A stretch of DNA of 64,000 nt from positions 288,001-352,000 of the forward strand of contig CAWJCS010000001.1 of NCBI GenBank assembly GCA_963841435.1. Reading direction: 5' to 3'. The notes beneath the pieces are model-generated. The model saw only the letters and a program-made list of their open reading frames with translations, searched no databases and had not been told where the DNA came from. Shown here piece by piece: positions 48,249 to 58,353 of this stretch (within the stretch, counting starts at the first letter, position 1; every line of letters starts with the position of its first letter). A program made the position numbers and the translations under genes. The stretch comes from an uncultured delta proteobacterium. GTDB lineage: Bacteria; Myxococcota_A; Polyangia; Polyangiales; Polyangiaceae.

Positions 48249-51200
48249 TCACGCTGCCGACTTGTCGCGGCGCGCCTTCACCCATTCGAGCGGCACCCAC
48301 AGGGTCTGTGGAAGCCCGACCTCGGGAATCGTCAACTCACCGTTGATGCGCGGCACGCCCACGGAATCGTGGCTCGGCACCAACAGGAAAATCGCCGCGC
48401 ACTTGGGATCACGCGACGCGTCCAAGAGTCGCTTCAGAAACCCTTCGAGCCGGAAGCGCGACAAGAGCCCCGGCTGCACCAAGAGCAAGGGGGCGGGGGC
48501 CGGGAGCAGCTCGTTCGCCACTCGTTCCGCGGCCCGCTGCGCGACGAGCCGGAGCTCCTGCCAGTCGTCGCCGCCCGGTCCGAGCTGATCCGCTCGGTAG
48601 AGCACGTCGAGGTTCACGCCGTGCTTCTTCACCAGCCAGTGAATGGCCTTGGAAAGCTCGACATCGAGCGAGACGCGCCGGATCCCCAGCGCCTCGGTCA
48701 GCGCCAGCGCCGCGTCCGCTGCCTTGTCCGAGCGGACGCCAAGCACCTTCAGCGTCCGCCGATCCTGCGTGATGCGAAGCCGGTCCTCGAAATCCTCCAG
48801 CGCGATGTACCTGGGATCGAGCGACTGCTGCGAGGACGGGAGCGTCGGGAGGCTCGCGACGGAGGGAAAGCTCGTGTGCTGCGTGCCTCGCCTGTCCCCG
48901 GGGCGCGCGTAGAGACGCCGCTCCTCGTCCCACTTCATGCCGAGCTTCTCGACGAGTGCGTCGAGCTCGGGGTGCTCGGGGAGCGGAGAGGCCTCCGGGT
49001 AGCGCGTGAGCACTCTTTGGTGGATGGCGCTCGGGGTGAGCTCGCCGGTGAGAACCGTGGTGCTCAGCGTCAGCGCCCGCTCGGGGTCGAGCCCGCGTGG
49101 GTAGATCTCGAGCCTGGCGGAACGGGCCGCGCGCTGGCTCGCCAGCGTTGCAAGCTCAGTCAGGCGCTCCGCCGAGAGCGCTTCGAGGGGCGTGCCGAGG
49201 ACCGACGCGGCAAGGAGCCGCGCGACCTCCCCTGGCGATGCGAGGACCGGGCGGGCGGCGAGCTCGTCGGCAAGGCCTCCCAGTGCTTCGAGGACCGGCA
49301 CGAGCGCCGCGTTCCCAAAGAGCCAGGGGCTTGTCCCGAGGCGCTCCCACGCAATGCCACCGTCCTCCTCACGCTCGACCTGGGACACGATGCGCAGCAG
49401 CGCCGCGGCGGCGGCGAGGGTCAGTTCCCGCGTGGACGACCCGTCTGCCGGGATCCGCTCACAGAGCAGCGCTGCCGCACGCTCCACCGGGACCGCGCCC
49501 CCCGCTTCTTCCACGATCGCGTGCACCGTCCGCCGAAGCTCGGGCAGCGCGCCATGCTGCGCCCACTGCTCGCGCTCTTTGCCGAGCTGAATGTAGAGGT
49601 TGGCGGGCGTCATGCTGAGCGCGCGCGCGACGTCGGCCACCGGCACGCCGATCTTCCCGACGAACGGCTCGGCCAGGCCGAACAGGCTCCGGAGGTTCTG
49701 CGCGCGCTTGCCCTTCTTCGCCGGCAGCAGGGCATCGATCCACCCCTCCAGGGTGGTGGGGCGCTTTCGCGCATTGGAGCGTGTGTTCTCTTCCTCCAAC
49801 ACGCTGCGGATCGTGTCCGGCGACACGTTGGCCTTGCGGGCAAGCGTCTCGATCTGCCGCTCGGGCGCCTGAGCGACGGCGGTGAGTGTTTGCAGCCCGG
49901 CGTCTCGCAGCACCACCGCGGCGCTCGGTTCGAGGCCGGCGGTCGTGACGAGAATGTCCTCGCCGCGGTAGGCCGCAAAGAACGGCCTGCCCTCTTCAGG
50001 CGCGAGGCTGCGCGCGGCGCTCCAAGCATCGCGGAAGGCGAGGATTTCCTTCGCGACCAGGCTGCCAACCCCTCGCACCGCAGAAAGACGGTTGTCGGGA
50101 AGGTCGAGCAGATCCCGAGCGTAGGTGAGGCCGGCGCGATCGAGCGCGTTGCGAGCTCGCACCGACAACGGGAGCGCCTCGATCGCCGCTTCGGGAGCAA
50201 TGCTGGCGAGGTCCGGCGGTGGCGCCTGGGGGGCGGGTTCGGCGTCGGAGGACACCACCGTTGTCGGCGGCGCCGTCGCGATGGCCTCGGCCGTCGGCTC
50301 GAAGCAGCGGTTGTAGGCTTTTCGCATCGCCGTCGCGCTTTCGAACCTTGCGGCAACGTCGCGGTGCAGGGCGCGCTCGAAGAACGGGACCAAGTGCTCG
50401 CGGACCGACGCGTCGAAGCGTTCCGCTGCCAGCACGAGCTCCGCCTCGGGCTCGAGAGCGGGGGCGCCTGCCACGGAGAAGCTCGGCCGAACGCCGGTCA
50501 GCATCTCGTGCAGCGTGACGGCTGCGCTCCATCGGTCGGCTGCGGCGTCCCAGGCGCCCCGAAGGCGGAGGAAGGGGTCGCGATACACGGCGGTGCCCAC
50601 GCCGAGCTGGGTACGCCCGATGTGCGCGGACTGATCGCTCTTCAGCTCCAAGGCGAGCGAAAAGTCGAACAGCGTGAGGTGGTGGGCCTTCTTCGTGACG
50701 GCGCCGACGCCGAGATTCGCCGGCTTGATGTCGCGATGCAGGATCTGCCGTTCCTCGAGCTCTTCCAATGCGAGCAGCAGGTCCTCTCCGAAGCGGCTCG
50801 CATAGTCGAGAGACACGGCACCCTCGCGAGCGAGGTAGCGCTGCAGCGTTTGCTCGCCCGCCTTGGCCATCAGGAGGCAGGTGCGGCCGCTCAGCGAGCG
50901 CTGGTCGACGAGCTGAACGATGCGAGCGTGCCGGAGAGAGCCCAGAGCACGAGCCTCCTCTGCGAGACGCCCGTCGTCGTCGGGCGTCAGCGCGACCTTC
51001 AGGGCCAGGGAGCGGCCGTCCCGGTCCACCTCGAGCACGCGCGACGACGCGCCCTGGCCGAGCACCCCGAGCACCAGCAGATTGCCTCCCAGGATGTCGC
51101 CCTTGCGCGCCTCGAGGGGGCTCACCTCGGGCGTCTCCTCCTTGGGCTCCGGGCTCGTAGCGGCCTCGAGGAAATAGTCGTCGAGCCACTGTTGCACGTC

Positions 51201-52589
51201 GTCGGCCCGATTCACGGGCTTTGAGGCCGTTGCCAACGTGATGGCGTCTGCAACGCCGGCCGGGATGCTGTCGGCCACCGCTCGTGGGTCGAGCTCGTGC
51301 TCCACGGCAAGGCGCTGATCGAGCTCCAACACGTTGTCCGCAACGGGACGCCCCGTGAGCACGAGGTAGGCGAGCGCCCCCAAACTGAACATGTCGGAAA
51401 CAGGACCACGCGCGCCCGGATTTTCCCGGAGCTCGGGCGCCTGATAGATCGCCCACGGCTCTCCTGCCATCGCCGACCAATGCAGTGTGGGCGTGACGTC
51501 GCGACCCATGCCGAGCTGAAAGTTGTAGAGGCGGACATCGAGCGAGCCGTCGTCGCCTTCACGAACCAGGACCGCGTTCGGAGCAAGAGCTCCATGAACG
51601 ACGCTCTTTCGATGGCAATGGTGCAGCGCCCGGCCAACCTGGGTGATGAGATCGACGCGGTGGTCGAAGCTCAAGTCGGGGTGGCTCCGAAGGAAGGCGT
51701 CGAGCGGTACGCCGTCGAAAGCGTCGAACAGCACCGTGGGACCGAGCGGCGAGTCGGTCACGTAGTCCACCAAGTGGAGGACATTCCGGTGGTCTTTCAC
51801 GTCCTCGAGCAGCCGTGCTTCGCGGTCCGCCGCTCGCCGCAGCTGCTGGCGGCGTTCCACGCTCGTCTGCTGCGGCACCAGGTAGATGCGTGCCCGCCGT
51901 TTCAAAGCCTTCGTTTCGGCGTGCTGAGCCAGACGATCCTGGTAACCCGAACCTTCCTCGACGATCGCCCCGAGCTCGTAGGCACCGACGCGTGCGACAC
52001 CCTTGCTTGCCCGCACACCGATGGCCTCGAGCGCCTGGGCCACGGCCCGTTGTTGCGGCGCGTTGATCCGGTGGCGCTCGCCACCCTCCACGCCGGGGAA
52101 CTTGTGGTTCTTGATCGCCTCGAGCAGCCCCTTGCGCGTCACCACGCAATGGTCCCCCCAGTGCTGAAAACGCATCTCCGCTTCCGGGTGGCTGAGAAAC
52201 ACGAGCGGCTGCACCCACGGGCACCGCACCTGGTCGCGGATGCGCGCCTGAAGCAGACCCTTGAGCACCTTGGACTTGAAGTTCGTGAGCTTGAGCGGTG
52301 GGTCCATGTACCGCGCCGGCTCACCCGGGGCCGCTCGGTACCAGTCGGTCCTATCCCCACTGTACACGCCCGGCCCACTCTTGATCTCGACGAGATAGAT
52401 CGCCGAAAAGCCGAGCACGATTGCGTCCACCTCGAGCAGGCGCCCCGTGGAAGGATCCAGGAACTCGACGAGCTCCCACACGTTGTACGGGTCCGTGTCC
52501 GGCAGCGTCTCGCGCATGAACGCGAGCGCCTCTTGCTCGTGGGCATACGGCGACTGCCCCTGAAGCACGATGCGCGCCTTGCTCAGCAC
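48249..52589 (-). CDS. pglW: BREX-2 Ser/Thr kinase PglW (NERD, degenerate kinase, kinase, alpha-CTD-like/HTH)
   Basis: SPYAHEQEAL...EVDAI...LVEIKS (NERD); HGALAP (degenerate); HRDIKPANL...DFS; LPLSVRARNAL; GGAGG before the GTG. Confidence 0.92.
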   Translation of the reverse strand: MLSKARIVLQGQSPYAHEQEALAFMRETLPDTDPYNVWELVEFLDPSTGRLLEVDAIVLGFSAIYLVEIKSGPGVYSGDRTDWYRAAPGEPARYMDPPLKLTNFKSKVLKGLLQARIRDQVRCPWVQPLVFLSHPEAEMRFQHWGDHCVVTRKGLLEAIKNHKFPGVEGGERHRINAPQQRAVAQALEAIGVRASKGVARVGAYELGAIVEEGSGYQDRLAQHAETKALKRRARIYLVPQQTSVERRQQLRRAADREARLLEDVKDHRNVLHLVDYVTDSPLGPTVLFDAFDGVPLDAFLRSHPDLSFDHRVDLITQVGRALHHCHRKSVVHGALAPNAVLVREGDDGSLDVRLYNFQLGMGRDVTPTLHWSAMAGEPWAIYQAPELRENPGARGPVSDMFSLGALAYLVLTGRPVADNVLELDQRLAVEHELDPRAVADSIPAGVADAITLATASKPVNRADDVQQWLDDYFLEAATSPEPKEETPEVSPLEARKGDILGGNLLVLGVLGQGASSRVLEVDRDGRSLALKVALTPDDDGRLAEEARALGSLRHARIVQLVDQRSLSGRTCLLMAKAGEQTLQRYLAREGAVSLDYASRFGEDLLLALEELEERQILHRDIKPANLGVGAVTKKAHHLTLFDFSLALELKSDQSAHIGRTQLGVGTAVYRDPFLRLRGAWDAAADRWSAAVTLHEMLTGVRPSFSVAGAPALEPEAELVLAAERFDASVREHLVPFFERALHRDVAARFESATAMRKAYNRCFEPTAEAIATAPPTTVVSSDAEPAPQAPPPDLASIAPEAAIEALPLSVRARNALDRAGLTYARDLLDLPDNRLSAVRGVGSLVAKEILAFRDAWSAARSLAPEEGRPFFAAYRGEDILVTTAGLEPSAAVVLRDAGLQTLTAVAQAPERQIETLARKANVSPDTIRSVLEEENTRSNARKRPTTLEGWIDALLPAKKGKRAQNLRSLFGLAEPFVGKIGVPVADVARALSMTPANLYIQLGKEREQWAQHGALPELRRTVHAIVEEAGGAVPVERAAALLCERIPADGSSTRELTLAAAAALLRIVSQVEREEDGGIAWERLGTSPWLFGNAALVPVLEALGGLADELAARPVLASPGEVARLLAASVLGTPLEALSAERLTELATLASQRAARSARLEIYPRGLDPERALTLSTTVLTGELTPSAIHQRVLTRYPEASPLPEHPELDALVEKLGMKWDEERRLYARPGDRRGTQHTSFPSVASLPTLPSSQQSLDPRYIALEDFEDRLRITQDRRTLKVLGVRSDKAADAALALTEALGIRRVSLDVELSKAIHWLVKKHGVNLDVLYRADQLGPGGDDWQELRLVAQRAAERVANELLPAPAPLLLVQPGLLSRFRLEGFLKRLLDASRDPKCAAIFLLVPSHDSVGVPRINGELTIPEVGLPQTLWVPLEWVKARRDKSAA

Positions 52590-52639
52590 CGCGCCGCCTC
52601 CCCGCCACCGTCGAATCCCAGAAGCGCCACGCCCTCCCC

Positions 52640-53332
52640 CTACTTCCCTTCCGCAAGCGCGCGAGCGGACGCGCTGTCGTCGGGCGCGGCGTCCGGCGAG
52701 AGCACCAGCTTGGCCCCGGGTCGAAGCTCCAGAGTGTCCTTCGCCGAAACAATGCGGGGACGCTTCGAAACGTTGAGCAGACCGCCGGCCACGGCGGCGA
52801 CCTGCCGATGCCCCGGCGCCGTGGCGACCACCGTCACCTGATCGGCCCAGTCGAGATCCCGTCCGCTCGCAAACGCCCTCACCAGCGCCGCCACGGCGCT
52901 TGGCCCCGCCACGACGAACCGATCCGCCGCACCGACCGGCGGCACGTCGAACGGCTGAAGCTTGATCTCCCAAGCCGAAGCGACATCCGTGAGGGCCCCG
53001 ATCACATCGCCCGGCGGCGCCCCGCGCTCCACCGCCTGAAACAACGCCGCGGCATCCACCCCGTCGAGCGCCTCCCACTCCGGCCCGAACGCCTCATCCT
53101 CCGCCACGCCCTGCAACCCGAACACCGTCCTGGCCCCGAACGCCCCGGGCCACTGCACGTCGGCATCGCGCAGCATCAGATCGATGCGGTCGGCATCCGT
53201 GAGGTCGCCCCGGAGCTCCCCCCACAAAGCCTGCGCGTCAGCGCCGAAGCGGCGCTTGGTCGGGGTCCGTGCGTCGATGAACCTGAGACACGTCAGGGCG
53301 GCGCGGTAGTAGGCGAGGCTGGCGGAGGACAC
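52640..53332 (-). CDS. Uncharacterised protein heading the BREX operon
   Basis: 230-aa ORF (YYRAALTCLRF...RRFGADA...DRIDLMLRDA...GAFGARTVF) ending 50 bp before pglW. Confidence 0.75.
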   Translation of the reverse strand: MSSASLAYYRAALTCLRFIDARTPTKRRFGADAQALWGELRGDLTDADRIDLMLRDADVQWPGAFGARTVFGLQGVAEDEAFGPEWEALDGVDAAALFQAVERGAPPGDVIGALTDVASAWEIKLQPFDVPPVGAADRFVVAGPSAVAALVRAFASGRDLDWADQVTVVATAPGHRQVAAVAGGLLNVSKRPRIVSAKDTLELRPGAKLVLSPDAAPDDSASARALAEGK

Positions 53333-53485
53333 AGGGGGGGAGCGAGGGTAACTCCATTGGGGAGGGGACAGAGCACACAAAAGCCTCTCCGGGCTCCGTT
53401 GAACGCGACCCGCCGCCCGGGCCGCGCACGCGGACTCGTGCCGCCGGGTTCGTTACTCACGGCAACCGCGCGCAGCGACACGTCC

Positions 53486-54583
53486 CTAGGGACCCCGATC
53501 CTGACCTCCCACCGGCACGATGCGGTACGCGATCTCCTGGCAGGAATAGTGTCGTCGGCTGATCTTGTTCAGGCGCTCCGGCAAGCCCTCGTACCATTCG
53601 TGCATTTGCACGGCACTGGGTTCACCCCTTGGGGGCGCGAGATCGCCGACGTACTCCGCGTGGTCGAAACCGCAGAGGATCATATCCTCTTGAGCAGGTT
53701 GGGCCGGATCGCGGAGCGTGGCTCGGAGCTCCGGCAACTCGCGACGCTCGTTGCGTGCTACGGCGACGCTGGGGTTGTCTTCATTGGGCAATAGCTTGCC
53801 GACTTGGCCGTCCGCTTCACGGTAGTAGACGAGTAGCCACACGGGCCGATTGGGCGCCACCGTGATCCGGTAGGTTTGCCCGTTTTCGAGCTCCGTGGGC
53901 ATGGCGGCGTTGAGCTCGAGCCGCCCCCGATGCTTTGGGCCAGCCACGGTGAACATCCAAGCTTGCGGCGTCTCCCAGCTGAAGGATGTCGCGTTCGCCT
54001 GGTCCTGGCTGGCGCCGGCCTGCGTACCCACGCTCAAAACGCCGACGTTGCCCGAGCCCCGCTGATACGCATGCCGGTCGATCCGCCGTGAGCCAGTACC
54101 GACGCGCACGGAGGCGACGAGCCAGTCACCGCAGTCTCCCTGGAGGTCCGCGTCGAGCCGGGCCTCGTTCTTGATGGTCACGGCAACATGAGCTTCCTCC
54201 CCGTATTCGACCTTCAATTTCGCGATCTCGTCAACCTCGATTCCTCCCCCTGCGACCCGTTTCAGATCATCCTCGTAGGTTCGGCTCCACGCCTCGGGCG
54301 TCGAGCGCACATCGACCTTGCAGCCAGGCCTGAGCTCGTCGGCGATCGTGAGGCCGCCGCCAGGCGTGCGGCTCACCGCCCGTCCTACGAGCTCACCTGG
54401 ATTGCCCCTCGGACGAAACAACAAGTGCTCGTCGTGAGCCAAACCTTGCGCCTCGGCCTGGGCCTCCACGGTATCGCCCTTGGGCGAACCGAGCCCCGCG
54501 TCCTGGGGTTTTGGAAGCGCAGGACCGCACGCCAGAGCAAGGAGTGCAGCGTGGCCGACGGCAAAGAACTCGAGCGCCCTCAC
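53486..54583 (-). CDS. Lipoprotein with C-terminal DUF4384-like domain
   Basis: Lipobox LALAC; GQTYRITVAPNRPVWLLVYYREADGQVGKLLPN; GTGA-coupled to the caspase gene. Confidence 0.7.
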   Translation of the reverse strand: MRALEFFAVGHAALLALACGPALPKPQDAGLGSPKGDTVEAQAEAQGLAHDEHLLFRPRGNPGELVGRAVSRTPGGGLTIADELRPGCKVDVRSTPEAWSRTYEDDLKRVAGGGIEVDEIAKLKVEYGEEAHVAVTIKNEARLDADLQGDCGDWLVASVRVGTGSRRIDRHAYQRGSGNVGVLSVGTQAGASQDQANATSFSWETPQAWMFTVAGPKHRGRLELNAAMPTELENGQTYRITVAPNRPVWLLVYYREADGQVGKLLPNEDNPSVAVARNERRELPELRATLRDPAQPAQEDMILCGFDHAEYVGDLAPPRGEPSAVQMHEWYEGLPERLNKISRRHYSCQEIAYRIVPVGGQDRGP

Positions 54584-56022
54584 GGCCGCGCCCGACTTTC
54601 AACGATCATCTCCTGGACCGCGCGTGGCTCGGCCTCAGCTGCCTTGGCAAGCTCAAGGTCCTTGCGGTCACCCTCGAGCGTTGGCGTTTGCAATCGGTCA
54701 CCCGCGAGGAGCACACGCATCGTGTCGCCCACGTAGGTGTCAACCTCCGTCGCCGTGACCTTGCCATCCTTGTCGGTGTCGGCCCAGCCGCGGAGAGCCC
54801 CCAGCACTAGATACGAGAACGCAGGCCGATCGGCGCCGGGCAAAGGTCCAGCGTACTGGTCACTCCTTGCTGCGGTCATGACCACGGCGCCCGAAGGTGC
54901 TTCCGGCTTGACCACCGCGGACGGCATCAGCCCTCGAACGAGCACCTGGCCGTTTTCAGCACGCCCGCTGAAACACGCGTCCAGCACCACGACGGGGGTG
55001 CCCTGGGACTTCGCCATCGTGCGAAGCAGGTCGCGTGTCTTCACGCTTCGGTCTTCGAGACCTTCGGCGGTTTGGTAGGCGTCGTACCCCACCAAGAGCC
55101 CCTGTTGATCGTGGCTCGGAGCTCCGTGCCCGATGAAGACGAACCAAAGCTTCCCCCCGGGCCGTACTCGCCTGACGGCGTCATTCACGGAGTACTTGAT
55201 CTGCTGGTCTCGCGCGTCCTTGTCTTCGAGGATCCGGACGCTTCCTCGGGGCACACTGCGAGTCTTGCTGAGGTAGTTGACCCACGCTTCAGCGTTCGCG
55301 AGGGCACCCGGAACTTCGGGGAGCTCGGCGTAGTGTTCGATCGCGACGATCACCGCCGCGTCCCCGGAACCGTCCTTTTGGTTCTCGAGCTCGGGGGATA
55401 GGTCCGGCCACCTGGCACGGTGCACCGCCGGGGACGGGGCAATGGCGCGCCTAGCGCTGGCCGTTTCGGGCACTTCTGTCGCGTCCTCGGGCTCCTCGGC
55501 GGTTTCCGCCGCCGGAGTCGCCTTCGCAAAGGCCACGAGCCGCCGCGAGCCCTTCATGTGTTCCGACAGCTCGGCCGCAACGTCCTTGGCCGTATCGTCG
55601 CTCGATGGATCTCCGGAGGCGCTGAACGCATCGAGCAGCACGCCGTTCGGATCAAACACCTTCACCTGGATCCTCGCGGAGGTCGACTCGAGTGGCTTGC
55701 CGTTGACGATCAGGAAGCGGTTCTGGGATGTCTCGAGATCCGCCCGGATCTCGACGCGAACGGCTGTTCCGGCGCGATCAGGCGTGACGAGATTGAATCC
55801 GTCGTGAACGAGCCGGGCCTGGATCTCTCCCACCAGCGCGTCCCCGAACCCCGAATACGTGGTTGCCGCGGCGCCCGAGACCACCACCGTTGGGCTGATG
55901 GCGACCGTAAGTCCTTCCAGGGCGCGCGGCATCGCCGTGTGCGTCTGAACCGTGCTTCCGCCGCAGGCTTCCAGGAAGCCGACGGTAAGCGCCAGGCACA
56001 CCGCCAGCGTACAGCCTGTCAT
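54580..56022 (-). CDS. Caspase-family (C14) peptidase, probable lipoprotein; start approximate
   Basis: AVIVAIEHY, FVFIGHG and VLDACFSG (His/Cys dyad). Confidence 0.85.
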   Translation of the reverse strand: MTGCTLAVCLALTVGFLEACGGSTVQTHTAMPRALEGLTVAISPTVVVSGAAATTYSGFGDALVGEIQARLVHDGFNLVTPDRAGTAVRVEIRADLETSQNRFLIVNGKPLESTSARIQVKVFDPNGVLLDAFSASGDPSSDDTAKDVAAELSEHMKGSRRLVAFAKATPAAETAEEPEDATEVPETASARRAIAPSPAVHRARWPDLSPELENQKDGSGDAAVIVAIEHYAELPEVPGALANAEAWVNYLSKTRSVPRGSVRILEDKDARDQQIKYSVNDAVRRVRPGGKLWFVFIGHGAPSHDQQGLLVGYDAYQTAEGLEDRSVKTRDLLRTMAKSQGTPVVVLDACFSGRAENGQVLVRGLMPSAVVKPEAPSGAVVMTAARSDQYAGPLPGADRPAFSYLVLGALRGWADTDKDGKVTATEVDTYVGDTMRVLLAGDRLQTPTLEGDRKDLELAKAAEAEPRAVQEMIVESRARP

Positions 56023-56361
56023 CCCAACAAAGAGTTCGACCACCCATTCGTATCCCCTTTCAACGTGCTTGCGCGCACCGCGCACCCAACACCTCTCTCG
56101 CGTCGCCGCCTTCTTCCATCCCATGGACCCGCGAACCTAGCCCCGAGGGCAAGCCAAAGGAAGTCTTCTGTTCAGTCGGGTCCTTGCAAGTCAAAACACT
56201 CTCGGAGCTCTGCAAACGCCTGCCGGACCTCGACTTCGGCGGTTCGCGCGGCATCACTGACCGAGGACACCGCTTCGCCCACTCGCTCGGCGTCGGCCGC
56301 GAGCAACGACGGATTGAGGGCGCGCGAAAAGGAGGGGGGCCGCTGCAGCGCGCCCTGGATT

Positions 56362-56685
56362 CGGTCCAGGAGACTCGTTTTATCAGCCTTCGCCATGGCG
56401 ATCCTGCTCGTGCTCGCCTCGACGATCCTCTACCTGGCCGAGCACGATGCGCAGCCCGACACCTTCGGAAGCATCCCGGCGGCTGCATGGTGGGGCGTCG
56501 CGACCCTCACCACGGTGGGCTACGGCGACGCCACGCCGATCACGGTGCTCGGGAAGGTGGCAGCGGCGATCGTGTCGGTCATGGGCATCGGGCTGTTTGC
56601 GCTGCCCGCGGCGATCCTGGGATCGGCGTTCGTGGAGCAGCTCAAGGTGGACACGAAGTGTCCGCATTGCGGGAAGGACATCTGA
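56362..56685 (+). pseudogene. Potassium channel pore fragment (S5-P-S6 only)
   Basis: FGSIPAAAWWGVATLTTVGYGD; C-terminal CPHCG; no voltage-sensor helices upstream. Confidence 0.75.
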
Positions 56686-56730
56686 GTCTCATAGCCCGCG
56701 GCGACTTGTTCCACCGGCTGCTCTCCGCCA

Positions 56731-57459
56731 TCAAGTTTCGTCTTTGTCCTCCCAGCCGACCACTTGATCGTCGTCGAGGTAGACGCGAAGCGCATATCGG
56801 TTCACGCCGACGGGGCGATACTTGAACGTGCGCTTGGTTTTCGTCTTCAGAACTTTTTCGTCCACCGCGACCGGCTGACCGAGAATCTCGACCGTCATGG
56901 CAGCTGAGCACCCGAGCCAAAGGCGCCCGGCCCAGATTCTGTGTGCATCGGCCTCACCATATCGACCGCAAAGGTACGCCCATCGCTCGCCGCGCTGGCG
57001 CTCTTGTTCGGCGCGGTACGCTGCCTCCTGTCGTTGTTGTTCCGCAACCGCGGCAGTGTGGAGGGCGAGCGCCCGCGCTTGTCTCTGCTTTCCCGATCGG
57101 TAGGCGATGGCAGCCCATCCAACGACCGCAAGTCCGGCGATCACGACCGCTGTGACAGGGCTATTCAGCCCAATCCCGCCGATCACTATCAGCGCTACTC
57201 CGGACAGAAGAAGGCTGGCGAGACCTTACAGGCACCCGCCGGATCCTGCGCCATCACGGGACGCCGCGACTTGAGAGACGCCGACGCGGGATGTGTAGGA
57301 AATCCCGGTGCCGGGGATGCCCACGGTCGTGCGGGTACCCCGCGAGCTGAAGTTTACGTGCGCCCCACGAACGCCCACCGACAAGCTTGCGCCCCGCTTG
57401 CCCAGGTTGATTCGTCCAAACTTGCCCAGCCTGATGCTACGTCGAAACAGCAAGCCCAC
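56731..57459 (-). pseudogene. DUF4236 + TM + C-terminal domain gene split by one in-frame TAA (57226-57228)
   Basis: FRRSIRLG...RTTVGIPGTGISY; the frame continues GCL*GLASLLLSGVALIVIGG into ORF 56731-57186. Confidence 0.75.
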
Positions 57460-57680
57460 AATTCACCCAGCATACGTCCCTCCGGGCGAGCCGTGCCCGG
57501 AAAACGGCGTGAGGGTCGCGTCGCGCCTCACCCCCCGCCCGCGACCACCTCACCCCCCGCCCCCGTCTCGAGCTTCCTCCCGTCCACGAGCCATCGCTCC
57601 TGGAACGCGCGGCGCTTGGTCACGTCGATACCGATCCACTTGCCGAGATTGCGGAGCAGCGCCAGCAGCGACTGCGACGC

Positions 57681-57743
57681 TCAGCTCTCTTCCAGGCGCT
57701 CGAGCTCTTCCACGTCTGCGAGGTCTTTGGCGCGCGCTGCGGG
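57681..57743 (-). pseudogene. 3' remnant of a DUF6036-like nucleotidyltransferase
   Basis: AARAKDLADVEELERLEES* resembles ARAQDLADLEALER at the end of 2045-2545. Confidence 0.5.
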
Positions 57744-57744
57744 T

Positions 57745-58350
57745 CTCGATGGCGCCGAAGCGCGCGACGACGGGCGCGGGCTCGGCGGCGGCGGGCGGTG
57801 GCATGAGCGAGACGGAGGGACGCGGCGCGCCGCCCTTCAGGTGCGCGGCGAGCTCGCGCAGGAACGCGGGGACGTCGCCGCCGCTCACCACGGCGCCCGC
57901 GCTGCCGTCCCGGCGCCGGTAGCCGAGCGCGAGGCGCGGCCGGCGCTCGCCCTCGAGCACGGGGAAGAAGAGGTGATCGCGGAGCGAGCGCTCGAGTAGC
58001 TCCTGGGCCACCCGGCCGAGCTCGCTCGGCGCGCGCTCGCCCTCGAGCTCCGGCACGCTGAGCGGACCGAGGCGCAGTCCCTCGAGGACGAGCACCGCGC
58101 GCGCCGAGCCGGCCGGCACCGCGAGCTCGAGTTGCGCGCCCGAGAGCGCCCGGAGCTTCGGCGCGTTCGCCGTGCGCGACACCGTTCCGTCACGCACACC
58201 GAGCAGGTCGCGATCGAAGTGGGGCGCCCTCGCGCAAGACGCGGAGGAAGCTCACCCCGGCGCACCCGTCCACGTCTTGCTTGGCGAAGCGGTCAACGTC
58301 GCCTCGTTGCTCGAAAACTTCTGGGAGCCGACCGTCGACCAGAAGGGCAA
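57745..58350 (-). other. Degraded hypothetical gene fragment(s)
   Basis: Protein-like frames (ALLVDGRLPEVFEQ...; LELAVPAGSARAVLVLEGL...) without a clean start or stop. Confidence 0.3.
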
Positions 58351-58353
58351 TCG

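Noticed and set aside
47268-51224. 1318-aa plus-strand ORF (likewise 38622-41759, 10158-11792, 20630-22129, 36373-38196)
   Set aside because: These are antisense shadows of real high-GC genes, with no motifs and biased composition.
52590-53078. Extended PglW N-terminus given by the ORF track
   Set aside because: It overlaps the real 52640-53332 gene and is low-complexity; the GTG at 52589 has a GGAGG RBS.
56172-56396. 74-aa minus-strand ORF
   Set aside because: It has no recognisable motif and overlaps the start of the K+ channel fragment, so it cannot be supported.
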